This document shows positions 13,125-25,927 of a stretch of DNA of 64,000 bases, one piece after another. The DNA lies in contig CM082596.2 in NCBI GenBank assembly GCA_040954595.2, forward strand, positions 9,568,461 through 9,632,460. The letters are read 5' to 3'. A program made the position numbers and the translations under genes. The notes below the pieces were generated by a model, which had not been told where the DNA came from, made no database searches, and was given only the letters and a program-made list of their open reading frames with translations. How positions within the stretch are numbered: position 1 is the stretch's first letter; the number at the start of each line of letters is the position of its first letter. Origin of the DNA: Balanoglossus misakiensis. Taxonomy: Eukaryota; Animalia; Hemichordata.

Positions 13125-13285
13125 TTAAAGGGACAAAGTCGCTCTTTTTGACTTTTGACTCACTTGCTTTTATTAGAGGTTCCTACCTTTAAATGTTTCA
13201 TAAAATGTTTAATCAAATCTGTCTACAATCAGAGCAGACGTTGTTTACATATACCTTTTGTTAAATGATTGTTGTTGTATTTCAG

Positions 13286-13384
13286 ATTGTTGTCAGGAGC
13301 AGGTGAGAAATATGGTATGATTTCTGAAGGTCTGAGTACTGCATTGCAGTTATTTGACGATATGAAGAGTTTACGATATTCAAG
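13286..13384 (+). pseudogene. MED25: MED25 VWA exon (99 bp, phase 2-2, open)
   Basis: tttcag acceptor, gtaatt donor; LLSGAGEKYGMISEGLSTALQLFDDMKSLRYS. Confidence 0.9.
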
Positions 13385-13602
13385 GTAATTATGGTAAAAT
13401 TCTGAGTTTCAAGATCATTCTCTACATATGGCCCTGACTTTTTTTGGTGGTTTATCTGTTTTTGTAAAGCTCACCATGTCAACCAGGAAATGATTCCATA
13501 CAGACAGTGGAGTACAACTGACATGTGAAGTACATTGAAACCTGCCTAGGAAGGACACCTCTGGGACCACAAAATGTGTCCTTAATAGAGAGGTGTCCTT
13601 AA

Positions 13603-13998
13603 AGGGACAAATTCTCTCTCTCGCTGCCCCTTTTCCATGAATTAGGTTTGTTACAGGGCACCATTTCTGTTATTCTACATGTGGATATATAGTGAATCAA
13701 TGTTTCACCACACACAACTTCAACCCTGCTTGTAGCCACCAGAGTGATAAAAAACACACGCCAATAATCGGTCTCTATCATTTATTCATTTTATGCGAGT
13801 TTTTATGCTCATATCATTCAAGTGGGATGGAAATTGTGTATGATTGATCGTTCATTAACTACATATACACATGTACATTAATATAAAATGTCTCTTGTAT
13901 CAAACATAATGGAAAAAATCGCGTCAAGGACACAGTGGTCCCATTGAGGGAATACACAAGAAAAAGTCTACACCGGAGTACATGGTGATATACTGACA

Positions 13999-14041
<43 letters not shown>

Positions 14042-14549
14042 CAAGAGATCAATGGGCAAACACTGACTGACCGGTGACCCATAAGCTGCCAATGGCATAT
14101 GTACTATACATACACTATATAGAACAGCTGGCCTCTTTAAAACTTAGCCAGTTATGTAATCATTCAGGAATTTCCTGTGTATATAAACAACTCAATAAAG
14201 TAAATACACACCACTTCGCAAAGCAATCTGACCAGTAGTTCTTGAGTTACTGAGTTTTGACTAAATTCACATTTTTCCAGCTAATTTGCATATTTTTGGC
14301 AACGACAACTTCATTTGAACAAACTCCCATCTACAGCCCAGCCTGCATCTGCACACCAAATATCAAGGTGATACACACAGTGGTTTTCAAGTTTTTGATG
14401 TGGACGGACATACATCCACACATCCATACAATGATACATCCATCCATACATACATACATACAGACGAGACCAATCCCATAAGGTCCCATGGTATATAGGC
14501 CTATACCAATGGGACCTAAAAAGGGCAGCGAGAGAGAGACTTTGTCCCT
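13603..14549. mobile_element. Kolobok-like non-autonomous element (TTAA TSD) with nested repeats
   Basis: ttaa|AGGGACAAAttctctctctcgctgccc ... gggcagcgagagagagacTTTGTCCCT|ttaa. Confidence 0.75.
13918..14140 (+). repeat. Dispersed repeat with (CA)n tract; inverted copy 28868-29050
   Basis: aagaaaaagtctacaccggagtac..(CA)n..gctgccaatggcat matches the reverse complement at 28.9 kb. Confidence 0.8.
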
Positions 14550-14990
14550 TTAACAGAAATGTGCATGTAATATTCTATTCAAACCATTACTCTTGTCTTG
14601 AACAATCTTTCCTTAATAGAGAGGTGTCCTGATTAGAGAGATGTCTGTATTAATTGACAGGTTTCACTGTATTATCAACATTTTCAGTTTCATAATCCTT
14701 CTGGATGTCTTTGTCAGAAAATTTTGACAGCAGCCAAAACTTTCTCTGCCATACTCACAATAAGAGAAAGCTTGCACCTGTGTGTAAAACGGGTGTATTT
14801 TCGCAAGCAATTAATTTTTTGCGAAATAGGCGAGAGCCAACAAAATGTGAAAAGAAAAAGTTGCGTAAAATGTTTTTCGGAGATAAAGATGCAATGAAAT
14901 ACAAGAACATGAAAATTAATCCTCGCATAACAGTTGCCTCTTTTAATATTGCGAACATTTCCTGTCACGAAAATAATCCGTTTTACAGTA

Positions 14991-15140
14991 ATATTGAAGG
15001 TCAGAATGCTTTTGATGAGAGAACAATACACCAGTTGCAAAGTATCTTGACAAACATGAAATGATTGAATTCTCCGAAGAAGATATAATCTCGCAGTTGG
15101 TGTTTTGTTTCCTCATCAAAAGCATTCTGACCTTCAATAT
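14991..15140. mobile_element. 150-bp MITE with ~30-bp TIR (second copy 19226-19375)
   Basis: ta|ATATTGAAGGTCAGAATGCTTTTGATGAG ... CTCATCAAAAGCATTCTGACCTTCAATAT|ta. Confidence 0.8.
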
Positions 15141-15594
15141 TATTCTGTTGAGCTATACATGCAATCTAGTCTGATCAGAGATGATTATATCATCGACAAT
15201 AGATCCTGGATACTAAAAGAGCATAAAATGACTGCGACAGATACCTTGTTAGTTGTAACAGGTGTGAAATAAGAATTTGGATAACACTGACAGTATTTTG
15301 GCTATTGTTGGGGGGGGGGGGGGGTGGAGCAATAAGTGATTTTGAAACCCCATGTAACACCTGTCTTACCATTAATATGACTGCATTTATGGTACCATAA
15401 GGAATGCTAACAAAATGACTGGGGAACCCTGGTTACATTACCCTGATCACCACAATGGTTCAGTCCAACTGCATTGTTTTCTACGTTAAGGTTGGAGCTC
15501 TGAAGAGGAAATTGGGGTGGAAGGGTTAAAAAAAAACACTGACTGACAATACTGCCAATCACGAAATATTGTTTTATCTTCTTTTTGTATACCG

Positions 15595-15714
15595 CACACC
15601 AATACAGAAACATTGTATATTGATCTGAACTCTCCTCCATATCCCTTGCCAAGTCAAGATAGTATTAATTACAGTGGAGTTACTGCAGAACAATTGGCTG
15701 CCATGTTGGGTGAG
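15595..15714 (+). pseudogene. MED25: MED25 VWA exon A, copy 1 (acceptor AG>CG, 1-bp deletion)
   Basis: tataccg here vs catacag in copy 2; atctgaac vs atctgcaac; 120 bp vs 121 bp. Confidence 0.85.
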
Positions 15715-16134
15715 GTAAGTAAGCGATGTAAAACATTTCATACAACACTGCATACTAACAATAGTCATATCAACCTGACAAGGGAAGATGAAAAAAAAAT
15801 ACTAAGCCCCTTTGAACAGCTGTATTTTCTTGGAATCTGGTTTTATAATAAACTTTGATTGATTGAAATGTGTTTTACATCTAAATGCATCGTTTTGGGA
15901 ACATTTTCTAGTATGTATGTGATTATTAAATTGAACTTGTATATTTGCTGGGGCAACTAAATTTTCAGTAAAGATGAGGAATGCCCAATGTTCGGATTGT
16001 CTTCAAAAAGATGACAACAACTCAAGTCCCAAAAACTCTTTTGTTTTAAAGTTTGAATTGTAGTTGTCGCATCATTAACGACTTCACATGTGAATGCCAA
16101 ATTTCGATTCTTAGCAAATGTTGTATTTTCACAG

Positions 16135-16288
16135 AGAGGAGTCCATTTCTCAATCATATCACCCCGCAAACTGCCTGAACTCCAAAAACTTAACTTCAAA
16201 GCATATGGTGAAGTACAGATGGTACCAATGAAGGATTATGCGGCTGATCCACACCACATGATACTTCTCAAAGGTTATCAACTTGCAG
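16135..16288 (+). pseudogene. MED25: MED25 VWA exon B, copy 1 (open)
   Basis: ttttcacag acceptor, gtaggt donor; RGVHFSIISPRKLPELQKLNFKAYGEVQMVPMKDYAADPHHMILLKGYQL. Confidence 0.9.
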
Positions 16289-16831
16289 GTAGGTATCTGT
16301 TGCTACGCAAATATTTGCAATCATACCATGATCTAGATTCTAAAGTTCACTGGTCAAATATATAACTTGTTTACATGGTCATTTACAACCAATTCATCAT
16401 TTTGTGGTTTGTTAAGATTTTCATTACTCTAAATTGGTACTTCAATAAAATGGTTGTAATATATTTATTAATATTTATTACACATCACGTATTATTATGC
16501 GCTCCTGGTTGGCTAATACTAAATATGACAGAAATTCATGACCTGTGCACACGATCTGAGGCTTATGGAAGTTATTGTCGTGAGTGATGCAGTGTATTCT
16601 GTTGCAGTACTTTCGCAAGCCAGCCTATTATTCCCCATCATTTCATTGCATGGCCAATTAATTACACATCCTCCTGAAAATTGTTGGAAGGTGGGCAATC
16701 AATTTCCATGGTCACATCCTGGATGAAACACTGGTACAGGTTCAAGACAAGTTTAGTGACATTGTGTGAATCCACAGCAGAATTTCACATAAACTGTATA
16801 ATCCTCCATTTTTGTAATGATTGTGTTTTAG

Positions 16832-18223
16832 AAAAATCTGTGTCAAGTGGTGATACAAAAGAGGTTGCCATAGTGAAACCTACAACCATAGTAACCACTT
16901 CAGTGTCTACAACCACTACCACAACACAGCCACTGAAACCTGCAAACAGTTACCATGGTTACAAGGGCCTAGCTCTGGTATGACCTCAAATCCTCTTAAA
17001 TCAACTGTTGGAAGTTCATCTCCAGGTAAAGTCTCCAGTGTTGCTTCCCAGCCATTGTCAAATTAAGTCCACACACAATTAGACCACCAAGTGTAGTGTG
17101 AGATATAGTAGAATTATTAAGAGTATTGCCGTGTTGATCTTCAGTACAATATGAGTTAAAGTTATATAGCACTTTGTGATCAGAAACTGACTCAACCAAG
17201 TCAACCCCAGATGCAGGGCCAAGGTAGAGGATATTGGTGCAGTTAGTGAAATATGAGAATGCAAAATTTAAGTGTAGCGTAACAGCTGTCTCCTTTGATA
17301 TGCGAACATTTCCTGTCACAGAAATTTTCCGTTTTACAGTATATAAATAAATCAACTAGATATTTTTACTGCAGGTGCCACACCAAGTCATCTGTCACCT
17401 GGACAACCAAGTCAAATTGGAAGTCCGTCTCCACAACATCTGTCATCCTCTCAACAGAAACTGAGTCAGTCCCAGATGCAGGGCCAAGGTCAAAGGTCAT
17501 CAATGCCTTTTGCCCAGCCTACCAGTTTACCAAACCAACCAGTATCCACTGTCACAGCAAACAGGACACAACAACCCAATGTGACTGTTTCAAGTATCCC
17601 CATGAGACAATTTTGTCCACCCAGGTACAGTTGTGGTCTACCTTCTACTTTATGAGATTCAAATTAGCTGTTTCTAGTTACCCATCCTGTGAATTGAAAG
17701 CTTTTTATGACTGTTTCACATAGCCTTGTGTTACCATTTTCTATACAGTAAACTATTATTTCAAAACACATTCAAAACTTCTGTTTTGGTTGCTAGAAAC
17801 CCACTCTGTGAATGCAAAGACTCTTTTGGATAATGCCAGAGACTCAGTGATCAATTTCAATTTTTAATGAGATTAATGTTGATAAGCTCTAATGTGGGTA
17901 TGTGTGTTGAAAATAGGACTTTGAGAGTTGCAAGCTCAACATCGAATCAAAAATTGAAGTCATGAATTTAAAATGGGGTTTTGAATACTGGCCTTGATAA
18001 TGCTTCATATTAAGTAGGTTTGTTACTCTTTTTGGACAGGCAACTTCACCACCAAAGATGACTTCCCAGCATGCACCAGCTGCTGCACTGAAAGCCACAG
18101 AGGGTGTCATGCAAATGGCAAATGCTAGTCAGTTCAGTAAGGCACCACCAATTGCTGCTGTGAATTCTATCAACTCACAGCCACAGCAGAGATGGCCAGG
18201 TACAGATTCACAGCCACAAAGAG
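16832..18223 (+). pseudogene. MED25: MED25 S/T/P/Q-rich linker exons C (16832-17025, frameshifted), D (17375-17624), E (18040-18223), copy 1
   Basis: AG/GT-bounded low-complexity coding blocks directly after the VWA exons; exon E APAAALKATEGVMQMA loosely resembles the MED25 AAQxAVEAAK segment. Confidence 0.7.
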
Positions 18224-19820
18224 GTAGGTACAGTCAAACCTGTCTATACTGGCCAGTCAAGGGACTTCCAAAACTGACATTTATAGACAGGTGGCTTCTA
18301 TAGACAGGTCAATAAATGTGCAATGTACATGTACATGAAATGAAACAAAGTTGCCACTACATAGAGGTTGCCACAAACACATAGTTGACTGTCATATATG
18401 TTATGTTGCCATGGCAGTCATTTACCATGAGTTCGATTATACATTGCCAAAACCGGAGGAAAAAAATATTCAAGTTCCCCTTTTCATATTCTCCATCAAT
18501 GGTATAATACGCCAGTGTCATGACCACACACAACTTCCACCCTGCTTGTAGCCACGAGAGTGAAAAAACCTCACCAATATGAACAATCGGTCTCTATCAT
18601 TTATTCATTTTGGGCGAGTTCTTATGCTCATATCATTCAAGCGGGATGGAAATTGTGTATGGTTGAACATTCATTCACTACATATACATATGTACATTAA
18701 TATAAAATGTCTCTTGTATCAAACATAATGGAAAAAAGGGCAGCGAGAGAGAGACTTTGTCCCTTTAATAGAAATGTGCATGTAATATTTTATTCAAACC
18801 ATCACTTCTGTCTTGAACAATCTTTCCTTAATAGAGTGGTGTACTGATTAGAGAGATGTCTTATTGACAGGTTTCACTGTATTACCAACATTTTCAGTTC
18901 CATAATCCTTCAGTGTTTGCCAGAGAATTTGACAGCAGTCAAAAACTTTCTCTGCCATACTCACAATAAGAGAAAGCTTGCACCTGTGTTTTACTGTTAA
19001 ATTACCATACCACAAAAAAACAGGTTGTTTTTGCGAGCAATAAATTTTTCGCGAAATATGCGAGAACCAACAAACGTGAAAATAAAAAGTCGCGTAAAAT
19101 GTTTTTCGGAGATAAAGATGCAATGAAATACGAGAATGTGAAAATTAATCCTCGCGTAACAGTTTGGTCTTTTAATGTCGCGAAAAATTTCCTTTCATGA
19201 AAATAATCTGTTTTACAGTCCGGTAATATTGAAGGTCAGAATGCTTTTGATGAGAGAACAATACACCAGTTGCAAAGTATCTTGACAAACATGAAATGAT
19301 TGAATTCTCCGAAGAAGATATAATCTCGCAGTTGGTGTGTTGTTTCCTCATCAAAAGCATTCTGACCTTCAATATTATTCTGTTGAGCTATAGATGCAAT
19401 CTAGTCTATATATGTTCAGAGGTGATTATATCATCCATAATAGATCCTAAATACTAAAAGAGCATAAAATGACTGCGACAGATACTTTGTAAGTTGTAAC
19501 AGGTGGGAAATAAGAATTTGGATAACACAGTATTTTGGCTATTGTTGGGGAGCATGAATAAGTGATTTTGGAACCCCATGTAACACCTGTCTTACCATAA
19601 ATATGACTGCATTGATGGTACCATGAGGAATGCTAGTAAAATGACTGGGGAACCCTGGTTACATTACCCTGATCATCACTATGGTTCAGTCCAACAGCAT
19701 TGTTTTCTATGTTAAGGTTGGACCTCTGAAGAGGAAATTGGGGTGGAAGGGTAAGAAAAAACACTGACTGACAATACTGCCAATAACGAAATATTGTTTT
19801 TCTCTTCTCTTTGCATACAG

Positions 19821-19941
19821 CACACAAGAACAGAAACCTTGTATATTGATCTGCAACTCTCCTCCACATCCCTTGCCAAGTCAAGATAGTATTAATTACA
19901 GTGGATTGACTGCAGATCAATTGACTGCCATGTTGGGTGAG
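19821..19941 (+). pseudogene. MED25: MED25 VWA exon A, copy 2 (open, 121 bp)
   Basis: ttgcatacag acceptor, gtaagt donor; TQEQKPCILICNSPPHPLPSQDSINYSGLTADQLTAMLGE. Confidence 0.9.
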
Positions 19942-20384
19942 GTAAGTAAGCGATGTAAAACATTTCATACAACACTGCCTACTAACAATAGTCATATCAA
20001 TCTGACAAGGGAAGATGAAAACAAAACATCTTTTCAAACTAGCTTACTGTGCGGACCAATTTCATTAAGCCCCATTTAACAGGAATTCTGGTTTTATAAT
20101 TAACTTTGATTGATTGACATGTGTTTTACATCTAAATGCATCGCTTTGGGAACATTTTCTAGTATGTATGAGATTATTAAATTGAACTTGTATATTTGCT
20201 GAGGGCAACTAAATTTTCAGTAAAGATGAGGAATGCTCAATGTTTTGATTGTCTTCAAAATGATGACAACAACTCAAGTCTCAAAAACTCTTTGTTTTGA
20301 ATTTTGAATTGTTTTTGTTGCATCAGTAACGACTTCACATGTGGATGCCACATTTGATTCTTAGCAAATGTTGTATTTTGACAG

Positions 20385-20533
20385 AGAGGAGTCCATTCCT
20401 CAATCATATCACCCCGCAAACGGCCTGAACTCCAAAAACTTAGCGACAAAGCGTAAAATACAGATGGTACCAATGAAGGATTATGCGGCTGATCCACACC
20501 ACATGATACTTCTCAAAGGTTATCAACTTGCTG
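20385..20533 (+). pseudogene. MED25: MED25 VWA exon B, copy 2 (5 bp shorter, frameshift/stop)
   Basis: RGVHSSIISPRKRPELQKLSDKA* ; 149 bp vs 154 bp in copy 1. Confidence 0.85.
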
Positions 20534-21233
20534 GTAGGTATCTGTTGCTATGCAAATATTTGCAATCATACCATCCAGATTATAAAGTTCACAGGTCAAA
20601 TATATAACTTGTTTACGTGGCCATTTACAACCAATTCATCATTTTGTGGTTTGTTAAGATTTTCATTACTCTAAATTGGTACTTCCATAAAATGGTTGTA
20701 ATATTTATTACACATCACGTATTGTTATGCGCTCCTGGTTGGCTAATACTAAATATGACAGAACTTCATGACCTCTGCACACGATCTGAGGCTTATGGAA
20801 GTTATTGTCGCGAGTGATGCAGTGTATTCTGTTGCAGTACTTTCACAAGCCAGCCTATTATTTCCCATCGTGTCAATGCCTGGCCAATTAATTACACATC
20901 CTCCTGAAAATTGTTGGTAGGTGGGCAATCAATTTCCTTGGTTACATCCTGGATGAAACACTGGTACAGGTTCAAGGCAAGTTTAGTGACATTTTGTGAT
21001 TCCACATCAGAATTTCACATCAACTGTATAATCCTCCATTTTTGTGTTTCAGAAAAATCGGTGTCCAGTGGTGATACAAAAGAGGTTGCCATAGTAAAAC
21101 CTACAACCATAGCAACCACTTCAGTGTCTACAACCACTACCACAACACAGCCACTGAAACCCGCATCAACAGTTACCATATTGTTTACAGCATCTAACTC
21201 CAGTATGACCTCAAATCCTCTTAAATCAACTGT

Positions 21234-21694
21234 TAGTCTCGGTTACCCAGACGCCTTTGCTTCTTCCGATGCTCTCCAGAAAAGGGTCTGGGGAAATGCT
21301 ATTGAAAGCTTTGTAAAACAAAATGGCCGATGTCAGGATTTTGATCATCACCTGATTGGCTGAGCTGTCAGTATGATTGACCCGGGTCACTGACTCTCAA
21401 CAATGTGTGATTTTTTGTCCTCTCTTCATATCAAGAGACCGGTACTTGTTGGTTGATGCGAAAGGCAAAAGGCGTCCTCTGTAGCATTGTTGGAGAAATT
21501 ATACGAAATATCTTTGGTAGACGATTGTCGAAACTATTGCGGTGACCTGGGTCATACTGACAGCTCAGCCAATCAGGCGATGATCAAAATCCTGACATCG
21601 GCCATTTTGTTTTACAAAGCTTTCAATAGCATTTCCCCAGACCCTTTTCTGGAGAGCATCGGAAGAAGCAAAGGCGTCTGGGTAACCGAGACTA
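21234..21694. mobile_element. MITE with ~150-bp TIRs, TAG...CTA termini and 9-bp TSD (AcademH- or MULE-type)
   Basis: atcaactgt at 21225-21233 and 21695-21703; single atcaactgt at the empty paralogous site near 17000. Confidence 0.92.
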
Positions 21695-22039
21695 ATCAAC
21701 TGTTGGAAGTTCATCCCCAGGTAAAGTCTCCAGTGTTGCTTCCCAGCCATTGTCAATTTAAGTCCGCGCATAATTAGACCACCAAGTGAAGTGTGAGATA
21801 TAGTAGAATATTGCCATGTTGATCTTCACTACAATATTAGTTAAAGTTATATAGCACTCTGTGATCAACGAGTTGAAAATACAGCATGAGTTTTCGGGGA
21901 CATGTAGTCCCCTTCATCAGATGCACACGTGGAATGAACAGAGAAACAGAGAATCATGGGGTATTCAAAGTAGGAAATATGTGCAGGACCAGGTGCATCA
22001 GAAATATTTCCTGCAGTGGATTTTCTATCTGAGGATGGT

Positions 22040-22140
22040 GACTTCATGACTGGAATATTGTGTTCGTGAGCAAGGCACTTTACTTCTCATTGCTCTGAGG
22101 AGACTCATGGCTTTGTGTAGGTGATTTGCACCTTTTCTAG
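22040..22140 (+). mobile_element. Possible SINE core fragment
   Basis: gtgagcaaggcacttta motif typical of tRNA-derived SINE bodies; no A/B boxes seen. Confidence 0.3.
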
Positions 22141-23760
22141 TCTTTCTACTAGACATATTTTCTGTGTTTGTGATAGATGAATTACTGTCTTACAGGAAAT
22201 TTTTGTGATCTTCGTGAGAACCAAAAAATGCGAATTAAAAAGTCATGTAAAAATATTTTTCAGGGATATTGGTGCAGTTAGTGAAATATGAGAATGCGAA
22301 ATTTAATTGTAGCATAACAGCTGTCTCTTAGGATTATGCGAACATTTCCTGTCACAGAAATTTTCTGTTTTACAGTATATAAATAAATCAAGTAGATCTT
22401 TTTACTGCAGATGCTACACCAACAATTCATCTGTTACCTGGACGACCAAGTCAAATTGGAAGTCAGTCTCCACAACAACTATCGTCCTCTCAACAGAAAC
22501 TGATTCAACCAAGTCAGCCCCAGATGCAGGGCCAAGGTCAAAGGTCATCAATGCCTTTTGCCCAGCCTACCAGTTTACCAAACCAACCAGTATCCACTGT
22601 CACAGCAAACAGGACTCAACAACCCAATGTGACTGTTTCAAGTATCCCCATGAGACAATTTTGTCCACCCAGGTACAGTTGTGGTCTACCTTCTACTTTA
22701 TGAGATTCAAATTAGCTGTTTCTAGTTACCCATCCTGTGAATTGAAAGCTTTTTATGACTGTATCGCATAGCCTTGTCTTACCATTGTCTACACAGTAGA
22801 CTATTTATTTTCAAAACACATTCAAAACTTCTGTTTTGGTTGCAAAAAAGCCACTCTGTAAATGGAAAGACTCTTTGGATAATGCCACAGACTCATTAAT
22901 CAAATTCAATTTTTAATGTGATTAATGTTGATAAGCCCTAAAACCTGATCCCTTCCAAATGTGAGTATGTGTGTTGAAAATAGGACTTTGAGAGTTGTAA
23001 GCTCAACATCGAAGTCATGAATTAAAAAATGTGGTTTTGAATACTGGCCTTGATAATGCTTCATATTAACTAGGTTTGTTACTCTTTTTGGACAGGCAAC
23101 TTCACCACCAAAGATGACTTCCCAGCATGTGCCAGCTGCTGCACTGAAAGCCACAGAGGGTGTCATGCAAATGGCAAATGCTAGTCAGTTCAGTTAGATG
23201 CCACAAATTGCTGCTGTGAATTCTATCAACTCACAGCCACAGCAGAGATGGCCAGGTACAGATTCAAAGCCACAACGAGGTAGGTACAGTCAAACCTGTC
23301 TACAGTGGCCAGTCAAGGGACTTTCCTAAACTGGCATTTATAGACAGGTGGCTTCTATAGATAGGTCAGTTAATGTGCAATGTACATGTACATGAAATGA
23401 AACAAAGTTGCCACTATAATAGAGGTGGCCACAAACACAGATTTGACTGTCATATATGTTATGTTGCCATGGCAGTCATTTACCATTAGTTTGAATATAC
23501 TTTGCCAAAACCTGAGGAAAAAATATTCAAGTTCCCCTTTTCATATTCCCCTATCAATGGTATAATACAACAGTGTCATGGTAAAATTTTGTGACATTTT
23601 TGCTAACTGCTAAAGCCCAAGTAACATTGTTTTTTTCAGTATTTTTCAGCGAAGGAATTAACCCTAGTTTCTTGTTCTGCTATGGATAGCTTTATGAAAT
23701 GTTCAGTCTTTAGCTTCTATACAAAACTTGTACATGAGTAATGGCCATTGTGAATATTAA

Positions 23761-24938
23761 CCCTAACGCTGTCGAGTCCGTAGCAGAGCGCCCGATTTCC
23801 GGTGTGGGTAGAAGTCGAACGTTGGCGAGTGATGAATGACCTAATCGGTATGGATCGATATGATTCACCGACCCGCTGGAGTCTCTAGGCGTTTGCATGC
23901 GGTTCGCTATAACGGGTTGACTTTGAACTACCGTTTTGAGGGCAATATCTGTTAGGACAGGAAAGTCTCGACAGGCTTCTTTGCCTTGAACTACAAAGAG
24001 CACACTATCCTAAGAGGCACATTCCGCCGGTCATTCCCGACCCTGGGGAGACCGTTTTTTTGCGTCCGTCAAAAACGTACTTGGCATCGATGCATTGTTT
24101 ACTATTACAGACGGTTCCACAACGACATAGGGTATCGACCTTTTCGATGGCCAGCGGTGTCGGATGCACTCGTGGGTAGCACTGTTTGGGAAAGTGCGTT
24201 TTGGGATCGACTCGGGAAACATGACGAAATGGTGCAATGGGGCCCGCAGAGCTTGCGGGATACAACCCTGTGCCGTAAAAAATTTATAGCGTATTAACAC
24301 CGTACTGAACGTCAGTTTGCCGTGCGTAAGTAACCAACGTGTCGTTATCACAACGTCCGTGTGTGTCTCGTCTGAAGAAATGAGTCGTTATCACAACGTC
24401 CGTGTGTGTCTGGTCTGAAGAAATGAGTCGTTGTCAGGCGGCTGTAGAGTGGGACACTGTGCGCCATTGTCTAGTCGTTCGCATTACGTGTCGAACTAAC
24501 TCGTACCCTACGGGAAAGTGGCAGGGGAAGGGGTGCCCGAACACCCCTGGCGGTACACCCTGGGTCCCCTACTGACAACTAATGGTGTCGTCGTTGTGAC
24601 GTGATATGGCGTGTGCTAACACACTAACTTTATTTTCGTAAAAGTAAGCCTCGAAACGACGTTGACAGACGCTCCCCTCCCAGGGGAACGAACCCGATGA
24701 CCCCACAACTTTTACCCGGTTAATTGTTGTTTGAGGTCCCGCCAACACGGGACTGTGCCAAACTTGAAGTCTAGCACGTTCAAAAGCAGCTAAAATGACC
24801 CTCCAAAAACCCGATTTTCAGGCAAAAAGCCTGGTAATCCAGCGGGTGTAGAATGCCGGATTCTACATACACCGAAAAGGAGGCGGTCTCATTAAGACTC
24901 GGCAGCCCAACGGGTTATGACCCCCGGTAGCAAGAGGG
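23761..24938. mobile_element. piggyBac-like non-autonomous element
   Basis: ttaa|CCCT ... AGGG|ttaa; CpG-rich interior; internal 43-bp tandem duplication 24341-24433. Confidence 0.65.
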
Positions 24939-25130
24939 TTAAATGAACTCAGACGAGAATTCATTTTTCAACAATAACAATGCTGATCAATATATAAAAC
25001 GCCTTTGTTTGAAAACCAAACTCTGAATAAATTCTTAATGTTTTACAGAGTAGAATAAAGTCTTACAGCTGATATCCAAAGTTAACGTTGAAGTTATTGA
25101 CGTTTTAATACTACTGTGTTTACTTATCAG

Positions 25131-25282
25131 CAGGTATGCAGTCAACGATGCGAACAGGAGTGCAGTCAACACAACCGACAGTACCTAATGTGAGCGACAG
25201 CAAAAATCCACCTGTCACCACTGGCACCAATGTTGTTCCAACTCTGACACAGCCACAAGTACATGTACAAAACCAGTCATTG
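25131..25282 (+). pseudogene. MED25: Probable next MED25 linker exon (single copy, open)
   Basis: ttatcag(cag) acceptor, gtatgt donor; GMQSTMRTGVQSTQPTVPNVSDSKNPPVTTGTNVVPTLTQPQVHVQNQSL; phase compatible with exon E. Confidence 0.55.
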
Positions 25283-25804
25283 GTATGTTATGTTATGAGC
25301 TGAGTTATAATACCCACCTATCCCTTTTGCCTGGCAAGTGACAGTTTATCACTTTTCAGTATTTCAATGGAACTGTATTTGGATAATTTGTTACCTAACA
25401 TGACATCAGAAGATGGCAGCTTGATGTCTTAACTGAGGACATTGGATGACCAGTAGATAAAGATTTTCTTTGATATCAATGACATCAGACGCAGTTCCGT
25501 TGGCATTCAAATTTCCAGCTGACGGGGAATTTCAGCAACGTGGTGCAAATGACGACTGTGCAGATGAATACCAAGATGCTGTTGAGGCACCATGCCTGAT
25601 ACATATTACCTGTCTGGTGGTTCTAAAGTATAAACACATCCGGAAAAAAATATTTTACGGGATACCAATTGAGACAAATTATTCCCATCTTGTTATAAAT
25701 CTGAGCCCAGGTGTCTTTGGTGTGAGATTCCAGTAGTCAAGAGTAGGCTTATCTTGAATAATGTAATGCTTGTAAATAATTTCTAATTTCTTCTTACCCT
25801 CCAG

Positions 25805-25927
25805 ATATGAATGAATGTCACAGTGGTGGGAATGCGTGTCAACACTGTTGTCAGAATACCCATGGTAGTTATCTCTGCGCTTGCAGACCAGGATTCTATC
25901 AGCTGGAGGATGGCCATGCATGTGCCG
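25805..25927 (+). CDS. Calcium-binding EGF-like domain exon (phase 1-1, open; fibulin/fibrillin-type module)
   Basis: DMNECHSGGNACQHCCQNTHGSYLCACRPGFYQLEDGHACA; D-x-N-E-C and C-x-N-T-x-G-S-Y-x-C-x-C consensus; ctccag/gtatgt splice sites. Confidence 0.85.

Larger units (their letters stand above)
21053..23279 (+). pseudogene. MED25: MED25 linker exons C (21053-21720, MITE-interrupted), D (22411-22672), E (23096-23279, in-frame TAG 23195-23197), copy 2
   Basis: Paralogous to the copy 1 exons; exon C is 198 bp and in frame once the MITE plus TSD is removed. Confidence 0.7.
13707..23580 (+). repeat. Tandem segmental duplication: copy 1 13707-18522, copy 2 18523-23580
   Basis: Colinear paralogous sequence and paired ORFs; junction gtgtcatg|accacacacaac at 18522/18523. 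Confidence 0.95.

Noticed and set aside
23757-23767. Telomere-like taaccctaac
   Set aside because: Fewer than two units; explained by TTAA plus a piggyBac-like CCCT terminus.
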